64,000 bases of DNA from assembly GCF_004010195.1 (NCBI RefSeq), contig NC_057753.1:14297937-14361936 (forward strand), read 5' to 3'. This DNA is from Chiloscyllium plagiosum. Its lineage: Eukaryota. Made by a program: the position numbers and the translations under genes. Below the pieces are notes generated by a model that saw only the letters and a list, made by a program, of their open reading frames with translations, made no database searches and had not been told where the DNA came from. Positions 13,455 to 27,029 of this stretch are shown here, in pieces (within the stretch, counting starts at the first letter, position 1; every line of letters begins with the position of its first letter).

Positions 13455-13557
13455 CTCCCTTTTTCAGTTTACAGTGTTCTGAATCGCTGAGCTGTAGTCA
13501 ATAATGGGCTTATTCGTGCTTCGCGGAACAGTGGAAAATATTTCATTTCCCCTTGTG

Positions 13558-13596
13558 GGTTTTTGCACAGGTCTGCATGAGGCTTCTTTCACTGTG
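13558..13596 (-). other. 23-RSS of Ig-like V copy 1
   Basis: CACAGTG + 23-bp spacer AAAGAAGCCTCATGCAGACCTGT + GCAAAAACC. Confidence 0.95.
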
Positions 13597-14067
13597 TCAC
13601 TGCACAATAATATTTCGCGCTGTCTGACATTTTCAATGACTTGATATTTAAAACGAATATGTTGTTAGATACATCTTTGGAAGCAGTAACTTGTCCTGTA
13701 ACCCGTGGATTATAATCGCTGGAGCTATCACTGTAGTGCCGAACGAGCCACTGCAGACCATTTCCGGGGCGTTCACTGAACCAGAGCATATTGTAGCTAC
13801 CCAGATCGAACCCGCTGGTTGCACAGGTCAGTCTCAGAGATTGCCCAGGTATCCCTGACACTTCCTCTGGCTGAGTCAACGTCACCTCCGAATCGGCACC
13901 TAGTAATGTAAAATAGCATTCATTAAACGGGTGAGACTAGGAGTGTGTAATTGTCCTTAGAGACTAAATTAAAGGAGGAAATTATGTTTTTAAGTTTGAA
14001 GAAAGGGGAATTGGAAGTACGCACTGGCTAAAAAAGCAAAAAACAGAACTATAGACATCAGCGACAT
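13597..14067 (-). CDS. Intact Ig heavy-chain-like V gene segment (shark VH/TAILV-type), copy 1: leader exon 14025-14067, V exon 13597-13899
   Basis: Leader MSLMSIVLFFAFLA(S) with GTGCGT donor and CTAG acceptor. V exon SADSEVTLTQPEEVSGIPGQSLRLTCATSGFDLGSYNMLWFSERPGNGLQWLVRHYSDSSSDYNPRVTGQVTASKDVSNNIFVLNIKSLKMSDSAKYYCAV has Cys23, Trp41 and DxAxYYC, and no stops. TSGFDLGSY and TASKD..NNIF are typical shark VH motifs. Directly followed by a 23-RSS. Confidence 0.92.
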
Positions 14068-14164
14068 TGTCTTTCTTGAAGCTATGTTAAAGGAGATGAT
14101 CTGCACTCCAGTCACACATAGACAACGCAGTTTGGCGAATTGCTGGATTCTGAACCTCCCTCAC

Positions 14165-14250
14165 ACTAGTTTATGAATAAGCAGAACGGGGGCGGGGCGG
14201 TTTTGATAGCACGGTTATTGGTCGCCTGATGTCGACGTCTGATATAAATA
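14165..14250 (-). promoter_or_regulatory. Putative promoter of Ig-like V copy 1
   Basis: Block conserved before all copies; sense strand order is octamer-like site, CCAAT, decamer/CRE-like site (degenerate here), GC box (CCGCCC, doubled here) and TATA-like TTCATAAA, about 100-180 bp upstream of the ATG. Confidence 0.5.
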
Positions 14251-14902
14251 ATACAAGGCTCTTCCTATCGGTAGGGGGCTGTGCAGTAGCACCGTCTCAT
14301 TGTCAACGCTGTTTCAAGAATTATGCTCACTATTTCCATTCAGAAAAAAAAGATTCTGTCTCAACGCACACATAGGGTCAGTTTGGGAACTACTGATTGC
14401 TTCAGTGTGAGGGCAAGTAAACGAATACCTATGGGGGTTTCATAGGTGTTCCAAGCTGAGATGACAAAATGTGTCAATATGGGGATCACAAACATAATTA
14501 GTGAGGGGTTTGCAGCGGCACTTTTTATTCTAAATACAGAGCCAGTCTGTGTGGGAATTTTAGCGTGGGGAAGACAAATATTCAGAGTAGGAAGAGGTAT
14601 TCAGTGTCTGGATTGCACAGGCATTAGTGTGGGAATGACAGACTTGGTCAACGTGGGCGTTTTAGAGGGAGTCAGCGTGGAGATAAGATTTGATTTGAAT
14701 TGATTTATTGTCGTACATACTTCAGTGAACTGAAAAGCTTTGCGAGTAGTACAGACAGATGTTGTAAGCAAGGGCATATAGAGTGTATGGTGAAGAAAGT
14801 CGTGAACTGGGTAAGGCATACAGGTTACACCGCATATGACATGTGCGAGTCAAGATCAACATTAACAAGATCAGCATTATTTGAATTTAGACAGTCCATT
14901 CA

Positions 14903-15062
14903 TTTCTGGCAAACGCAGCCATTCGCAAAGCAGATGAGAACACCCTGGTGGCCAAGGAAGAGAGGTAGTCAGTGCAAAACCAGGTGAGGTTTACACTCTC
15001 TCCAATCCGAGCAGTCATCTCACCCTCCAGCTGGCGATGGAACGATTTAGACACGACCACTG
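14903..15062 (-). pseudogene. 5' half of family-B V, fused to a Rex1-type LINE 3' tail
   Basis: Homologous to 5153-5355 with internal deletions. FR3 and RSS lost at the junction gtccattcatttctggcaa. Confidence 0.65.
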
Positions 15063-15497
15063 AAGGGCATGTATACTAAGGCATTTTGTTTGGAAAAGGT
15101 AATAAAACTGAAACTCTCACGTAATGGAAAGGAGAGGCAGAGAAAATGACATTATTTTAATATCAATACGTTTATATTGTTTAGAAACTAACTGTCGAAT
15201 TGATTGTTAATATCATTCGAACACATGAAGGTCAGTGAGGCCTTAAGCCCATCTTCTGCCACTGAATACGATCCGATGTTAATCTCAACTCTGCATTACT
15301 GCACATTCTTAACAATCTTGCATCCTTTTGAGACTCCAGAAACTATATAGCTCTGCGTTCACAATATTTTTAAGATTCTGCATCGAATGACTCTTCAGAA
15401 AAGTCATTGGAAATACTCACAAACTTCTAAACATCAAAAGGTTTCCTTCTGTATGAATGCAATCGATTGGCCCTTACTTTTTAATTCTTAACATGAT

Positions 15498-15808
15498 TTT
15501 TGAGAAGATATGTAGCTCAGGTTGAGGATCTGGATGTGGGTATACTCGCTGAGATGGAGGGTTCATTTTCAAACGTTTCGTCACACTACTAGGTAACATC
15601 TTAACCCCCTGAGGAAAAGCACAGGAAGTGACTTCAACTCAGGAAATGATATCATCGCAGAAAATGACTTAATCAACCCAAAGAAACCCAAACACATACA
15701 GAGAAAGCAGGAATTATCAGCAAGGCCCTGAGGCCCACTGAAAATATTACTTAGTAAAGTGATGGAACGTCTGAAAATGAATCCCCCAACTCAGCGAACA
15801 AACCTACA
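15498..15808. mobile_element. Inverted-arm PLE-derived insertion with degenerate hammerhead cores; ~12-bp TSD TCT(T/G)AACATGAT
   Basis: Arms at ~15530-15600 and ~15740-15810 are inverted. Empty site at ~23130 (CCTCTGAACAAGATCTT). Confidence 0.65.
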
Positions 15809-18134
15809 TCTGAACATGATCTGAACTGTCTCAGCACATTCACGTCTGTCTCTTTCAATCTCTGCAGGACATAAGTAAAGGTTATCTAGATTTTATATAT
15901 CTATCTCAGCTTTGAACTGACAGCACAAGCAAATACTTCCACAGTTTCATTTTCGTCTGATGAAGAAATGTTTCCTCCGAACTATATTGAATTTGTGCCT
16001 CCTAATTCTGGGATTATGTGTTCCACTCCCAGATTCTCCCAAAGGGGGAAACAACAATTCCCAGTTTATAATGTTTAACATTCATTGCACCTCTCTCGAC
16101 CATGTGGAACTTGAAGGTGGGCCTCTTTAAAGAAAGGGAGTGATACAATCAGAGCGCCACAAGATCCCTCCACGCAGCTTGCTCCTGGACTCAAGAGTTA
16201 TGCTCGTGAGAAACACAAAGAATGTTTGATAACATTCACTTATTGATCAGATTCCAAACATTGAATAGCTTAATGTAATTTTCTGTTGCTTTCCGGTGTT
16301 CTATTATGATTGGTTCCACACTCCGAGTACCGCGATGAAGGCTAATGGCTGATATGTTCACTGCTGTGAACAAGTGAAGGAATTACACATGCTATCCAGC
16401 ATTGGGGAGACAGTTAAAGAGACGTTGAGGAGAATCCAACTTTGATGCCGTTTTCAGGATTAGGCTCATTTCATTGTAAGATCTATCCATTGCATGTGAA
16501 CCAATCTCGACCCACAAACTCACACTTCGCAAACACACCCTCTTGACAAACTGTGGGTAGTATTTCCGGTAAACTGACATAGGAGAAGGGATAAGAGACT
16601 TTCAGAATGACAGGCAGCTGAACAAAGAAAACCAGAGCACAAAATAAGCATGGAAACATCAACAAATGAATTTATGAACGTCAGCTTGTTATGCGGGTTG
16701 AGGGAAACAAATACTGCACACTGTCCCTGGGAATGCCTATTGTGGTGTTGAGTGGTACTGTGTACTGCCACACACTCCCTCAAATTAAAACCCATCTTTT
16801 TTTTCAACTTGCTCTTGAGCAGTAACGGAGACTGACCAGGAGAGGATTCACGTTGAAGAAGGGACTGAATCAGGGAAATAGACTGGGATTTTTTTTTTTT
16901 ATTCGCGCATTTACTGTCATCTTTGAACTTTTTCGCATAAAGCGACGGACAGCTGCTTCTAAATTGATATTAGACACCTGAAGCAATTCTCTAGATGAAC
17001 GTTTGCAATCTTTTGCAAATGTTTTGCAATAAGTCACCGAGAGGTGCTGATCAATATACAGCAGAAAGCTATACACACATTGAAAAACAAGGGCAGAAGC
17101 CAGAAATAAATATGTACTACTAAAGATTCAACGAACATGGAGGCGCAAACATATTAACTTTTTGCACTGGAATGCACATCTGGGAACCATCGGTGATCCA
17201 GGCCTTTGCCCTTTTGGTTAGTGTCTCGGTTAGGTAAAAGAACAGCACTTCCGGTTCTGTCCTGTTGTGCAACATAAAACGTTCTGACACTGTTTATTTC
17301 AGTGCGATATTCCTATCATTAGGACATCACGATAGAAGTGCGATCAATATTGATTATCCTCACTCTGAATGCCATCATCCCAGATGCGTTGCACTTTAGA
17401 TTCTCGGTTCAAAACATCTCGTCATCTTTCAAGTTTCCTATCTGAGACAACGTTATTGCTTGATTTGTAAACTATGCAGTTTGTCATTGATAGTTGGGTA
17501 ATAAGCAAATAAAAGATTAGTGTCACATTTCAAACCAATAACGACATGCATCGATAAGGCCGACAGCAATAGAGAAATGAGGACACCCTCAGCTGCAAGT
17601 TCCCTGCCAAGTCACTCACCATTCTGAATTCGAACTATATCGTCGTTCCTTCAGTGTCATTTGTTGAAAATCCAGCCATTCTCTCTCAAAACGTCCCATG
17701 TGTTTACATACACCGCAAGTACTAAAGCAGTTTCAAAAGATAACTAACCACAATAGACACTACACCAACCAGGGATGTCCATATCACCTCAGGGAACAAA
17801 TCACCCAGGAACTAAACGCATCATTATGTAATCAAGCTGAGACATTTTCTCAAAGTTAGCGTTGAGAATCTGAGGCACTCTCAAATGAAGGGTGGTCACG
17901 TCAGTGTGCAAATGTATTTTTCTCGTTTTTTAACTGCCACAGAGGCAAGCGCAGGGGTGAGAAGAGGATAATTGTTTCAAAGGGTAATTTGCCAAGAATC
18001 AGGATAAGTAAAAATATTCCAAGATGCATTCATGAGAATGAATGGCTCGCTTCCCCATTGGGCAGTACAATGTGTTTCCAGGGAGCAGGATGCTTGTACC
18101 CGCGACTTCTCCCATCATTTTGGCCACTTTGCAG

Positions 18135-18454
18135 AGCTCATGGCAGAAGAGCGGGTCACATAGACCTCCCTGGCACTGTTGACTGTGGAAGGTATCTCGG
18201 TGACAATGACTACAGAACTGCACCTGCCTCAGCTTCTTGCATACGGGCTGTTGTCAAGATGGACGGGAGCCACAACATCTGAGCATCGCCTATGGAAGCA
18301 TTGCCAGAGCAAGGAGGAATTGGACAACGCTTCACTACAAGCAAAAACATAACGTTTTTCCTGTCAGAGAAATTAGGAGAACAGATGCCACCACGTAACT
18401 CTGAGCTGTGATGATTGTCATGTTGCAACTCAGTTGGCAGCCAGTACAGACACT
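18135..18454 (+). pseudogene. Family-C V pseudogene
   Basis: Paralog with TGA at Cys104. Degenerate heptamer + 23-bp TTGCAACTCAGTTGGCAGCCAGT + ACAGACACT. Confidence 0.62.
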
Positions 18455-19544
18455 CCGGGCAGACAGCAGCTACATAGAAGGCCTCGTGCCTCAACATCAA
18501 CAACTGTACAGAGGAGAAACAATCACTGAGAGAAAGTGAATTTTGAGCAGGACCCATTTCAATGAAGAAATATTCCATGTTTCATAATCGGTGAGAATCT
18601 ACATCGTACCCATTTTTTAAACAATTTGTTCAGAGATTGTACAACATGCTTTTTAGCGTTGGTGAGTCTGGAACCCTGAATCTATTTGAACCAGATATAG
18701 GGACACTGCCTTTGCACAAGTGTAACACCTCAAAATTTCAATTGTAACTCAACTGAATTGATTCCACTCAGGATAGCGAGGATAATCAATGTTTATTACA
18801 TCTTTATCTTCATCCCTTCTTGACAGGAGTGCAGCACTGAAGTAAGCAACAACACACTTCCTGATCATGCATTACCACACCAGCACAGAAAATAATACTG
18901 GTACGCTCCCACTCACAATCTGAACAGGAGCAAATGACCGAAATCACTTAGACAACACTTTCGTTAAACCAAGAGCGCAATGGTCGGAGCAGTAATGAGA
19001 GCTATCAACCGAAAATACGGCTGAAAAGAACAGTCCTTTAACTGACATTATAAAAACCGCCTTGTGACTGTTCTTTATTCATTATGGGAACTCCAATTAA
19101 AATAACGTTGATCATTATACCGAGAGAAACTAAATGAAGGGCAGAACGAAGGTGAAAATCAGACGAAAAATAGTGAGAGGCCAACAGAGGAGCCCAAAAG
19201 GTAACACATGGGTGACGTTTATATGAAGCACTGCGTGGGATTAGTACTGAACATTTAACTGTTACATTGAATCTCCACATTTTCACTCATATGTCATCAC
19301 GCACATACACACACACCCACACACTCACATGCAAACACATTCATACGCACAGAGAGCCTGGTGCCATGCCGTGTCCTAAACTGATAAACAGAGTTCTATA
19401 TGATCAGATCGATGATGAAAGAATTCATTCAGCATTTCCTCAATGCACACGAATCACCAACTTCAGTGAAACCCATTTTAAATCCTGCCCATTTGTAAAC
19501 TGCCAGCGTATTTCTGGATGTTCCCATCTCACTCTTGTGTGACA

Positions 19545-19735
19545 CAGGTGTGAATGTGAATGTCAGAGAAGGAGAGCTTTCTGCCAGTTCACTGTCTACA
19601 TCTCACACAATAACAGATTGTTGACGGTGTCGATTAGGATGGATGCGTCCACATCTGATTGTGTTCTGTGTCTGTGTGTGAGCTGGGATTCTGTGATGTA
19701 TTTTCTCAGCAGTTCCAGGAAACAGTTAGTTGACA
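19545..19735 (+). pseudogene. Possible internally deleted V relic (family D); paralogs at ~2380-2535, 33620-33810 and 49655-49820
   Basis: FR1-like VNVREGE, then FR3-like VSIRMDASTSDCVL...DSVMYFLSSSR (DPAVYLLSSSR at 49770), followed by AACAGTT/CACAATT at the heptamer position. No clear nonamer. Confidence 0.4.
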
Positions 19736-19854
19736 GTTTGATGCAATGATCGTTTGGTTTCCTGTCAGTGTGTTGTTATGCTCTTGAAAGCACATAGTAA
19801 TTTCAAAGATTCTGCAAAGACTTCAAAATGACGATCAATCTGTGATACAAAGGA

Positions 19855-20343
19855 ACTTTTTGTGCAGGGGAGAGGCTGTGATTATCACAGGTTCCTGAAA
19901 GCGCATTAATGCATAACAGCGTCAGTCAGCTGTAGCCCGTTGATCGTCAAACTGGTGAATTTGTTTGAGGCCTGAAATTCTACAGAAAAGAATTCTTCTG
20001 CAAAATCTGGTTTATTCTCGTCTCCTTCAGAATATATCCTCAGCATATACTCCGTCTGGGTGCCTGAGTGCAGTCAATATCAGTATATTGAATAATAGCT
20101 CTCTGCAGTATCATAGCTGCAACTTAGGGTCTTTGCCTCTCCTTCTGTTCGAGCATCTGATGACAGTAATGAGCGACTGAATCTCCATGACTTGGGTCTG
20201 AAATTTAAAATAGATATTAATTGCCAAATGTCAAGCTGGCATCAACTAAAATTATGATTTTATAAAGGAATTTGAATTATACATCTTCCATATTTACCTG
20301 TCAGAATTGATCTTCACACAACCCAGATGCTGAGTAACCACAT
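19855..20343 (-). pseudogene. TCR delta-type V pseudogene: leader 20298-20343, V exon from 20197
   Basis: Paralog of 33933-34426. Leader MWLLSIWVV*RSILT. FR3 deletion and 4-bp heptamer deletion; nonamer ACAAAAAGT retained. Confidence 0.82.
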
Positions 20344-21307
20344 TGTTTCTATTCCTAGTATTACAGAGCTGTCGGATATTTGAGGGCACCCATTCTAAAC
20401 CTCCGCCCTCGATGTGCTGCTTCACTGACCTGGGATGATCCCACATCAATTTCATTTTTCAGTCGTGATGCTGACAGCGTGGGAGGTAGAGAGCCGTTTC
20501 TCAAAGAACTGATGATCCCCAGGCTCCGTTAGGTCTTTGTTATTGGGATAGGTCACTGAGCATCCTGAGACGAAGGCTTTCATCTATAAAAAACAATTTC
20601 CCAGATTCCTAGACCTCTTAATCTAGAGGTTATTTTTGTGATAAACCAGCTAATGCAGGCATTGAAATTAATCGCATTTGCCACCAATGTGATATAAGCC
20701 CCTCGCATAAATCTTGTAGACTCACAAAACCACGTGCTCACAAAATGAAATGCCTGAAATCCAATCTAATGCATTACTGAACTCAATCTCATCCTTTATC
20801 CAGCAGTGTCTCTGAAATCATTTTTATAAGATTCCCCTGTATTCTGGTCCTCCAAAGCTATTTCTCTGTATGCATGCTCAAGATCGTTAAGCTTTTCCTT
20901 TTTGGTTTATGTCTCACATCTTTAGTGAGCTGTGTCTCACCTTCTTCCACCAAATCTTCTGGGTGTTTCTTTTCTGTCTCACTGAACACAGAGGCCTTAT
21001 GGAACAGGACCAGTTTTACATGTGAATATCGTCACAGTTGCTGTCTTAGATACCAGCACACTCAGTATCTTCGTCTGCGTGTCTGTAAGTTATTTACTTC
21101 AGGGTCTGTTTTATTTTGTGTGTGTGTCTGTATGTGTGTTTGTGTGCAGGTGTTTTGCATGTTTCTGTGCCCAGACACTTGTGTTTGTGTACTTGTGTGT
21201 TTGATTTTGAGCGTATTTCTTTGTATGCATCTGCATTTGTATCTCTGGGTTTGTGTGTATTTTTGTATGTGTATGTGTGCTTTGTCCATGTGTTTTGCGT
21301 CGGTGCT

Positions 21308-21671
21308 ATAATTGTTGCTGTTTTCTCTGTAGTCAAAAACAAGCCATTATAGACCATTCCCGGAGCATTCAAAGTACCAGAATATATCGTACCTACTCAG
21401 ATCGGTCCCGCTGTTTGCACAGTTCAGTGTCCAAGACTGCCCAGGAATCCCTGATTCTGCCTCTGGCTGAGTCAACATCACCTCCGACTCAGCACCTAGC
21501 AAAGCAAAATGGTATTCATTAAACCGATGTGACTCGGAGTTGCGTACTTCTTCCTGGCGAGTGAATTAACAGAGGAAACGAGAAAGTGTTAAAATTTAGC
21601 AGGAAAGGAAAATGGAAGTACGCACTGGGTAAGAACACAAGAATCAGAACAATAGACATCAGCAACGCCAT
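21308..21671 (-). pseudogene. 3'-truncated Ig-like V pseudogene: leader 21626-21671, V exon 21495 to ~21308
   Basis: Leader MALLMSIVLILVFLP. Exon reads EVMLTQPEAESGIPGQSWTLNCANSGTDLSRYDIFWYFECSGNGL*WLVFDYRENSNNY, then fuses to the TG-rich tract. FR3, RSS and ~2 kb present in sister cassettes are deleted. Confidence 0.88.
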
Positions 21672-22506
21672 CTTCCTGAAGCTATGTTAAATGAAGTACT
21701 CTGTATTCCAGTCACACGTAGACAACTCAGTTTAGTGGATTGTTGGATTCTGATCCTCCCTCACAGGCTTTTATGAACAGGCAGAAGGAAGGGCGGGTTT
21801 GATGACACAATTACAGTATTGGTGGCCGAATGGCGATGTCTGATGTAAAAATACAAGGTTCTTCCCATCAGGAAGGGGGCTGTGCAGCAGAACCACCTCA
21901 TTGTTAATTTGTGTGAAGGATTGAGCTCACTGTTTGCCAAAAAGAAAAAGCTTTCCATCACAGCGCACACACAGGGTCAGCTTGGGCCCTACAGATTGCC
22001 TCAATATGAGGACAAATCAGCGAATATCTATGGGGATACAGAGGTGTTCTATACTGAGATGACAGAGTTTGGTAACATGGGAATCACGAAGGTGATCCGT
22101 TTGGAGTTTACAGCGGCATTCTTTATTTGATTGACAGAGCTGGTATGTGTGGGAATATTAGAATGGGACTGCGTGGGAACAAATGTTCAGAGCATAGAGA
22201 GGTATTCAGTGTTTGGATTGCGCAGACATTAGTGTGGGAATGACAGAGTTGTTCAACGTGGGGATTTTAGAGGGAGTCAGAGGGGAGATAAGATTTGATT
22301 TGATTTGATTTGAATTATTGTCATAGTACTCAAGTGAAGTGAAAAACATTGTTTGCGATCAGGACAGACAGACATTGTCGGCAAGAGCATATGGTGAAAA
22401 AGGTCTTGAACAGGGTAAGGCATACAGGTTTCATCGCATGTGACATGCGCTTGTCAAGATCAATACTAACAAGACAAGCATTATTTCAATTTAGAGAGTC
22501 CATTCA

Positions 22507-22697
22507 TTTCTGGCAAATGCAGCCATTCGCAAAGCAGATGAGAACACCTCGGTGGCCAAGGGAGAGAGGTACCCAGTGCCAGGATAGGCAGGCACTTATA
22601 TCCACTGTGTCGAAGCAGGTTTGGGTTACACTCTCTCCACTCCTAGCGGTCATTTCATCCTTTACCTAGCGACTAAGCGATTCACGCAGGCTCGCTG
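22507..22697 (-). pseudogene. 5' half of family-B V
   Basis: Same truncation junction as the 14903 copy. Confidence 0.68.
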
Positions 22698-23803
22698 AAG
22701 GAAATAGATAATAGTGCATTTTGTTTGTAAGAGCTTAATAAAACTGACACTGTTCACGTAATGGAGAGGAGAGGCGGAGAAAATGAGCTTATTGTGTTAA
22801 TATCAATACATTTACGTTGTTCAGAAATTGACTGTCGAATTGATAATTATGATCCTTCGAACACATGCAGTTGAAGGTCAGTGGACACTTAAGCGCATCT
22901 TCTGCCACTGAATAAGATCGTATGTTAACCTCAACAGTACATCACTTCACATTCTTTACAATCCCCGTTCATCCTGTTGGTCATCGAGAAACCATTGCTC
23001 TGCTTTCAAAATATTTTAAGATTCTGCATCGAAAGCCTCTTCAGAAAAGTCATTGCAAATACTCACAGCCCTCTGAACATAAAAGAAAGTTTCTGTTTCC
23101 CTGAACGTAATGGGTTCTCCCTTGCTTTTAACCTCTGAACAAGATCTTACATGTCTCAGTACACTCACGTCTGACTCTTCTATGCTACAGAGGATATAAC
23201 TAAAGGCTGTCTAGATTTTCCATATCTATCTCAGCTTTGAACAGACAGCACAGCCACGGTGGCAAATAATTACACAGCTTCATTTCCGTCCGATGAAGAA
23301 ATGTATCCTCAAAACTCTCTTAAATGTGTCCCTTTTTATTCTGAGATTGTGTTCCACTCTCAGACCCTCGCAAAGGGGGAAACAACGTTTCTGAAAGTAT
23401 AATGTTAAATTTTCATTGCACCTCTCTCGACCATGTGGGCCTTGAAGGTGGGTCTCTTTACTGAAAGGGCAGGATACAATCACAGAACCACAGACGCCTC
23501 CACCTAGACTGAAGAGTTATTCTTATGAGAAACGCAAAGAATGTTCGATCACATTCTTTTATTGATCACATTCCAAACATTGAATAGCTTAATGTAATTT
23601 TCTGTTGCTTTCCTGGTGTTCTATTGTGAATGTTTGCACACTCAGAGTCCAGCGATGGAGGCCAATGGCTGATCTATTAATTGCTGCGAAAAGGTAGAGG
23701 TATTAAGCATGTTCCCAGATTAAGCAGAGAATTAAAGAGACGCTGAGGAGAATCGAACTTTGATGCCGTTTTCAGGATTAGGCTCACTACACTGCGTGTG
23801 AGC

Positions 23804-23894
23804 TGAAAAATGTGTTGCTGAAAAAGCGCAGCAGGTCAGGCAGCATCCAAGGAGGAGGGGAATCGACGTTTCGGGCATAAGCCCTTCTTCAGCC
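23804..23894 (-). mobile_element. Short PLE-derived insertion with hammerhead core; 12-bp TSD CTGCGTGTGAGC
   Basis: TSD at 23792-23803 and 23895-23906. Minus strand begins GG-CTGAAGAAGGGCTTATGCCCGAAACGTCGATTC. Confidence 0.78.
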
Positions 23895-25559
23895 CTGCGT
23901 GTGAGCCAATCTGAACGCACAAACTCACACTTCGAAAGTACACCCTCCTGGTAAACTGTGGGCTGTATTTCCGGTAACTGACATAGGAGAAGGGATTAAA
24001 AAATGTTCAGAATCACAGGCAGCTGTACAAAGAAAACTAAGTACAAAATAAGCATTAAAACTTCAAAAATGAATGTATGAATGTCAGCTGGTAAGGCGAG
24101 TTGGGGGACAAAAATACTGGACACAGTCCCTGGGTGTGCCTATTATCGATTTGAATAGTGCTGTGTACTGCCGCACTCCCTCTAATTAAAACCCATCTTC
24201 TTTTCGCCTTGTTCTTGTGCAGGAACAGAGAACGACTAGGAGAGGGTGCAATTCGATCACGTTGAAGAAGCGACTGAAGCAATGTAAGAAACTGAGATTT
24301 TTTTTATTAGTATATTCACTGTCATCTTCCAGTCATTTTGTCTTTCTCACACAGCGACAAGCTGCCACTTCTGAACTGATATTAGACACCTGAGGCAACG
24401 CTCCAGATGAACGTTTACAATCTTTTTGTAGATGTTTGCAATAAGTCACCAAAAGGGGCAGAACGACACACAGCAGAAAGTGTACACACATGTTGAGAAA
24501 CAAGGGCAGAGGCCAATAAGTAAATATGTACAACTCAAGATTCAATGAACATGGAGGCATATGCATATCAGCTTTTACACTGGAATGAACATCTGGAAAC
24601 CATAGGTCATCCAGGCCTTTGTCCTTTTGGTTTGTGTCTGGATTAGGTGAGAAAACCGCACTTCCTGCTCTGGCCTGTTGCGTCATATAAAATGTTCAGA
24701 CACTGTTTATTTCAGTGTTATATTCCTATTATTAGGACATGGAGATAGAGATGCGATTAATATTAATTATCTTCAATCTGAACGCCTTCATCCCAGATGT
24801 GTTGCACTTCAGATTCTCGGACAAAAACATTTTGTAATTTTTCAAGTTTTGCCATTTTTAGACAACATTATTACTTGATTAGTAAGCTATGTAGCTTATC
24901 ATGAAATGTTGGATGGTAAGCAAATAAAAGGTTGGTACCACGTTCCAAACCAACGACGACATACATCGAGAAGGTCAACAGCTATAGACAAATGGGGACA
25001 CCCTCAGCGGCACCTTCCCTGCCAAGTAACTCATCACTTTTAATTGGAAATATATCGTCTTTCCTTCAGTGTCATTTGGTGAAAATCCTGCCATTCTCTC
25101 TCAAAACGTCCCATGTATCTACATACACAGCAAGTACGAAAGCAGCTTCAAAAGGCAGCTCACCACAGCCTTCTCCAGATATATTAGAGGTGAGCAAAAA
25201 ACACGACCCATATCCCCTCAGGGAACAAATCAACCAGTAGCTAATGGCATCATTAGGTAATCAAGTTGAGACATTTTCTCAAAATAAATGTTGAGAATCT
25301 GAGACACTGTCAAGTGGCGTGGGGTAATGTCAGGGTGCAAATGCATTTTTCTGTTTTTTACTGCCATAGAGGCAAGCACAGGGGTGTGAAGAGAAGGATT
25401 TTTAAAGGATATTTTGAGAAGAATCAGGATTAGTAAATATATACCAAGATGCCTTCATGAAAATGAATGGCTAGCTTCCTCTTTGGGAAATACAATGTAT
25501 TTCCAGGGAGCAGGATGCTTGTACCTGTGACTTCTCCCATTATTTCATCCACGTTGCAG

Positions 25560-25873
25560 AGCTCATGACAAAGAGCTGATCACTTGTCTTCTCTGGCTGT
25601 GGTAGCTGTGGAAGGCATCTCGAAAATAATGACTGCAGAACCACACGTTTCTCAGCTTCTTGCAGAGGGACCGTTATCGCAACAGATGGGCGCCACAACA
25701 TCTGAGAATCGCCGATGTCAGTGTGGCCAGAGCAGGGAGGAATCAGGCCAGCCTTCACTGCAGAAACACAGAGTTCTTACTGTCAGAGAAATCAGAGCAA
25801 CAGGTGCCACCACGTACTTCTGAGCTTAGATGAACGTCGTGTTGCAACTCAGTTGGCAACCAGTCCAGGAACT
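25560..25873 (+). pseudogene. Family-C V pseudogene
   Basis: SSLAVVAVEGISKIMT...QKHRVLTVREIRATGATTYF*, then CGTCGTG-23-CCAGGAACT. Confidence 0.65.
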
Positions 25874-26249
25874 AAGGGCAGAGAGGATGTATAGAGACAA
25901 ACTCATCATCTCAACATCAACAACTGTACAGAGGAGAAACAATCACTCAGGGAAAGTGAATGTTGTGAAGCTTCCATGTACAATGTGGAAATATTCCATG
26001 CTCCATAATCAGTGAGAATCTAGTCCATAATCCATTTTCTAAATAACGTGTTCAGAGATTTTTTTTTTCAGATAGTCTCAGACTTGGTGGAGTCCGGAAT
26101 CTTTATCTATTTGAACGAGATACAACGACAATGTATTTGCACATCAGTAACACCTCAGAATTTCGAGTGCAACTCACATGGATTAATTCCATTCAGGATA
26201 ATGAGGATAATCAATGTTAATTAAACGACTATCTTTATATTTACATTTT

Positions 26250-26570
26250 TAAAATATGCTTTATTCCCGCCTCCTTCTGAATATCTCCTCAGTTTATTCT
26301 TATGCATTGTCGGTACAATCCAATGAGTAAAAGTTCTCTGTAAAATCATAGGTACAAATTAGAGTCACTGCCTCTCCTTCAGTCAGAGCATCTGAGCAGA
26401 GCAACTGAGTATCTGAATCCCAATGACTCTGGTCCGAAATTGAAAGCAGATATTAATTGCGAAGTATCAGGCTGACATCAAGTAAACTTATCATTTGAAA
26501 AATTACTTTAAATTGTATTTCCTGTCAGAATTGATCCCTACACAAAACAAAAAATGCTATGAAACGATAT
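26250..26570 (-). pseudogene. 3'-truncated TCR delta-type V with the same breakpoint as the 9070 copy
   Basis: Same junction (ctttat..tttac..tttaaaat.tgctttattc.cgcctccttctgaatatct) as 9055-9110. Confidence 0.7.
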
Positions 26571-27029
26571 GGATCCCATCCTCAGTATTACTGGTGTTAC
26601 GAAGATGTGAGTACATCTTTAAAATAGTGAAGGACTTGGCAAATACACCGAGTGCAAAAGAATTAACAAAGTAACATTTGATTCGGAACAAACAGCACTA
26701 GCTGTTGAAATTGGCCACCAATGCAACCTGCATGATCTAGGCCTCACATAAACCTGGTGGACCCATAATCCACGTGCTCTAAAAATACAATCCCACAAAT
26801 CCAACCTACTGCATTGCTGAATTCAATCTCAAGCTTCATCCAGCAGTATCTCTGAACTCATTTTTGAAAGAATCAATTTTACTCTTCTCCTCCAGTGCTA
26901 TTTCACTGCATGCATGCACAAGATCATCAAGCTTTCCTGTTCTGGTTAATTTCAGGCATCTTTAGTGAGTTGTGTCTCATCTTCCTCCACCTCCCTTTTT
27001 TCAGTATGAATGAATACATGTAGACAGGC

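Noticed and set aside
12000-13557. D segments downstream of the Ig-like Vs (e.g. TACAGTG at ~13470 and A-rich nonamer-like runs at ~12865)
   Set aside because: No correctly spaced heptamer/nonamer pairs. The heptamer-like words are not conserved in paralogous flanks, and the A-run belongs to a CR1 relic.
20874-21522. Cys/Val-rich or His/Thr-rich ORFs here and at 11068-11467, 35187-36903 and 51508-52040
   Set aside because: Translations of degenerate (TG)n/(CA)n tracts, not genes.
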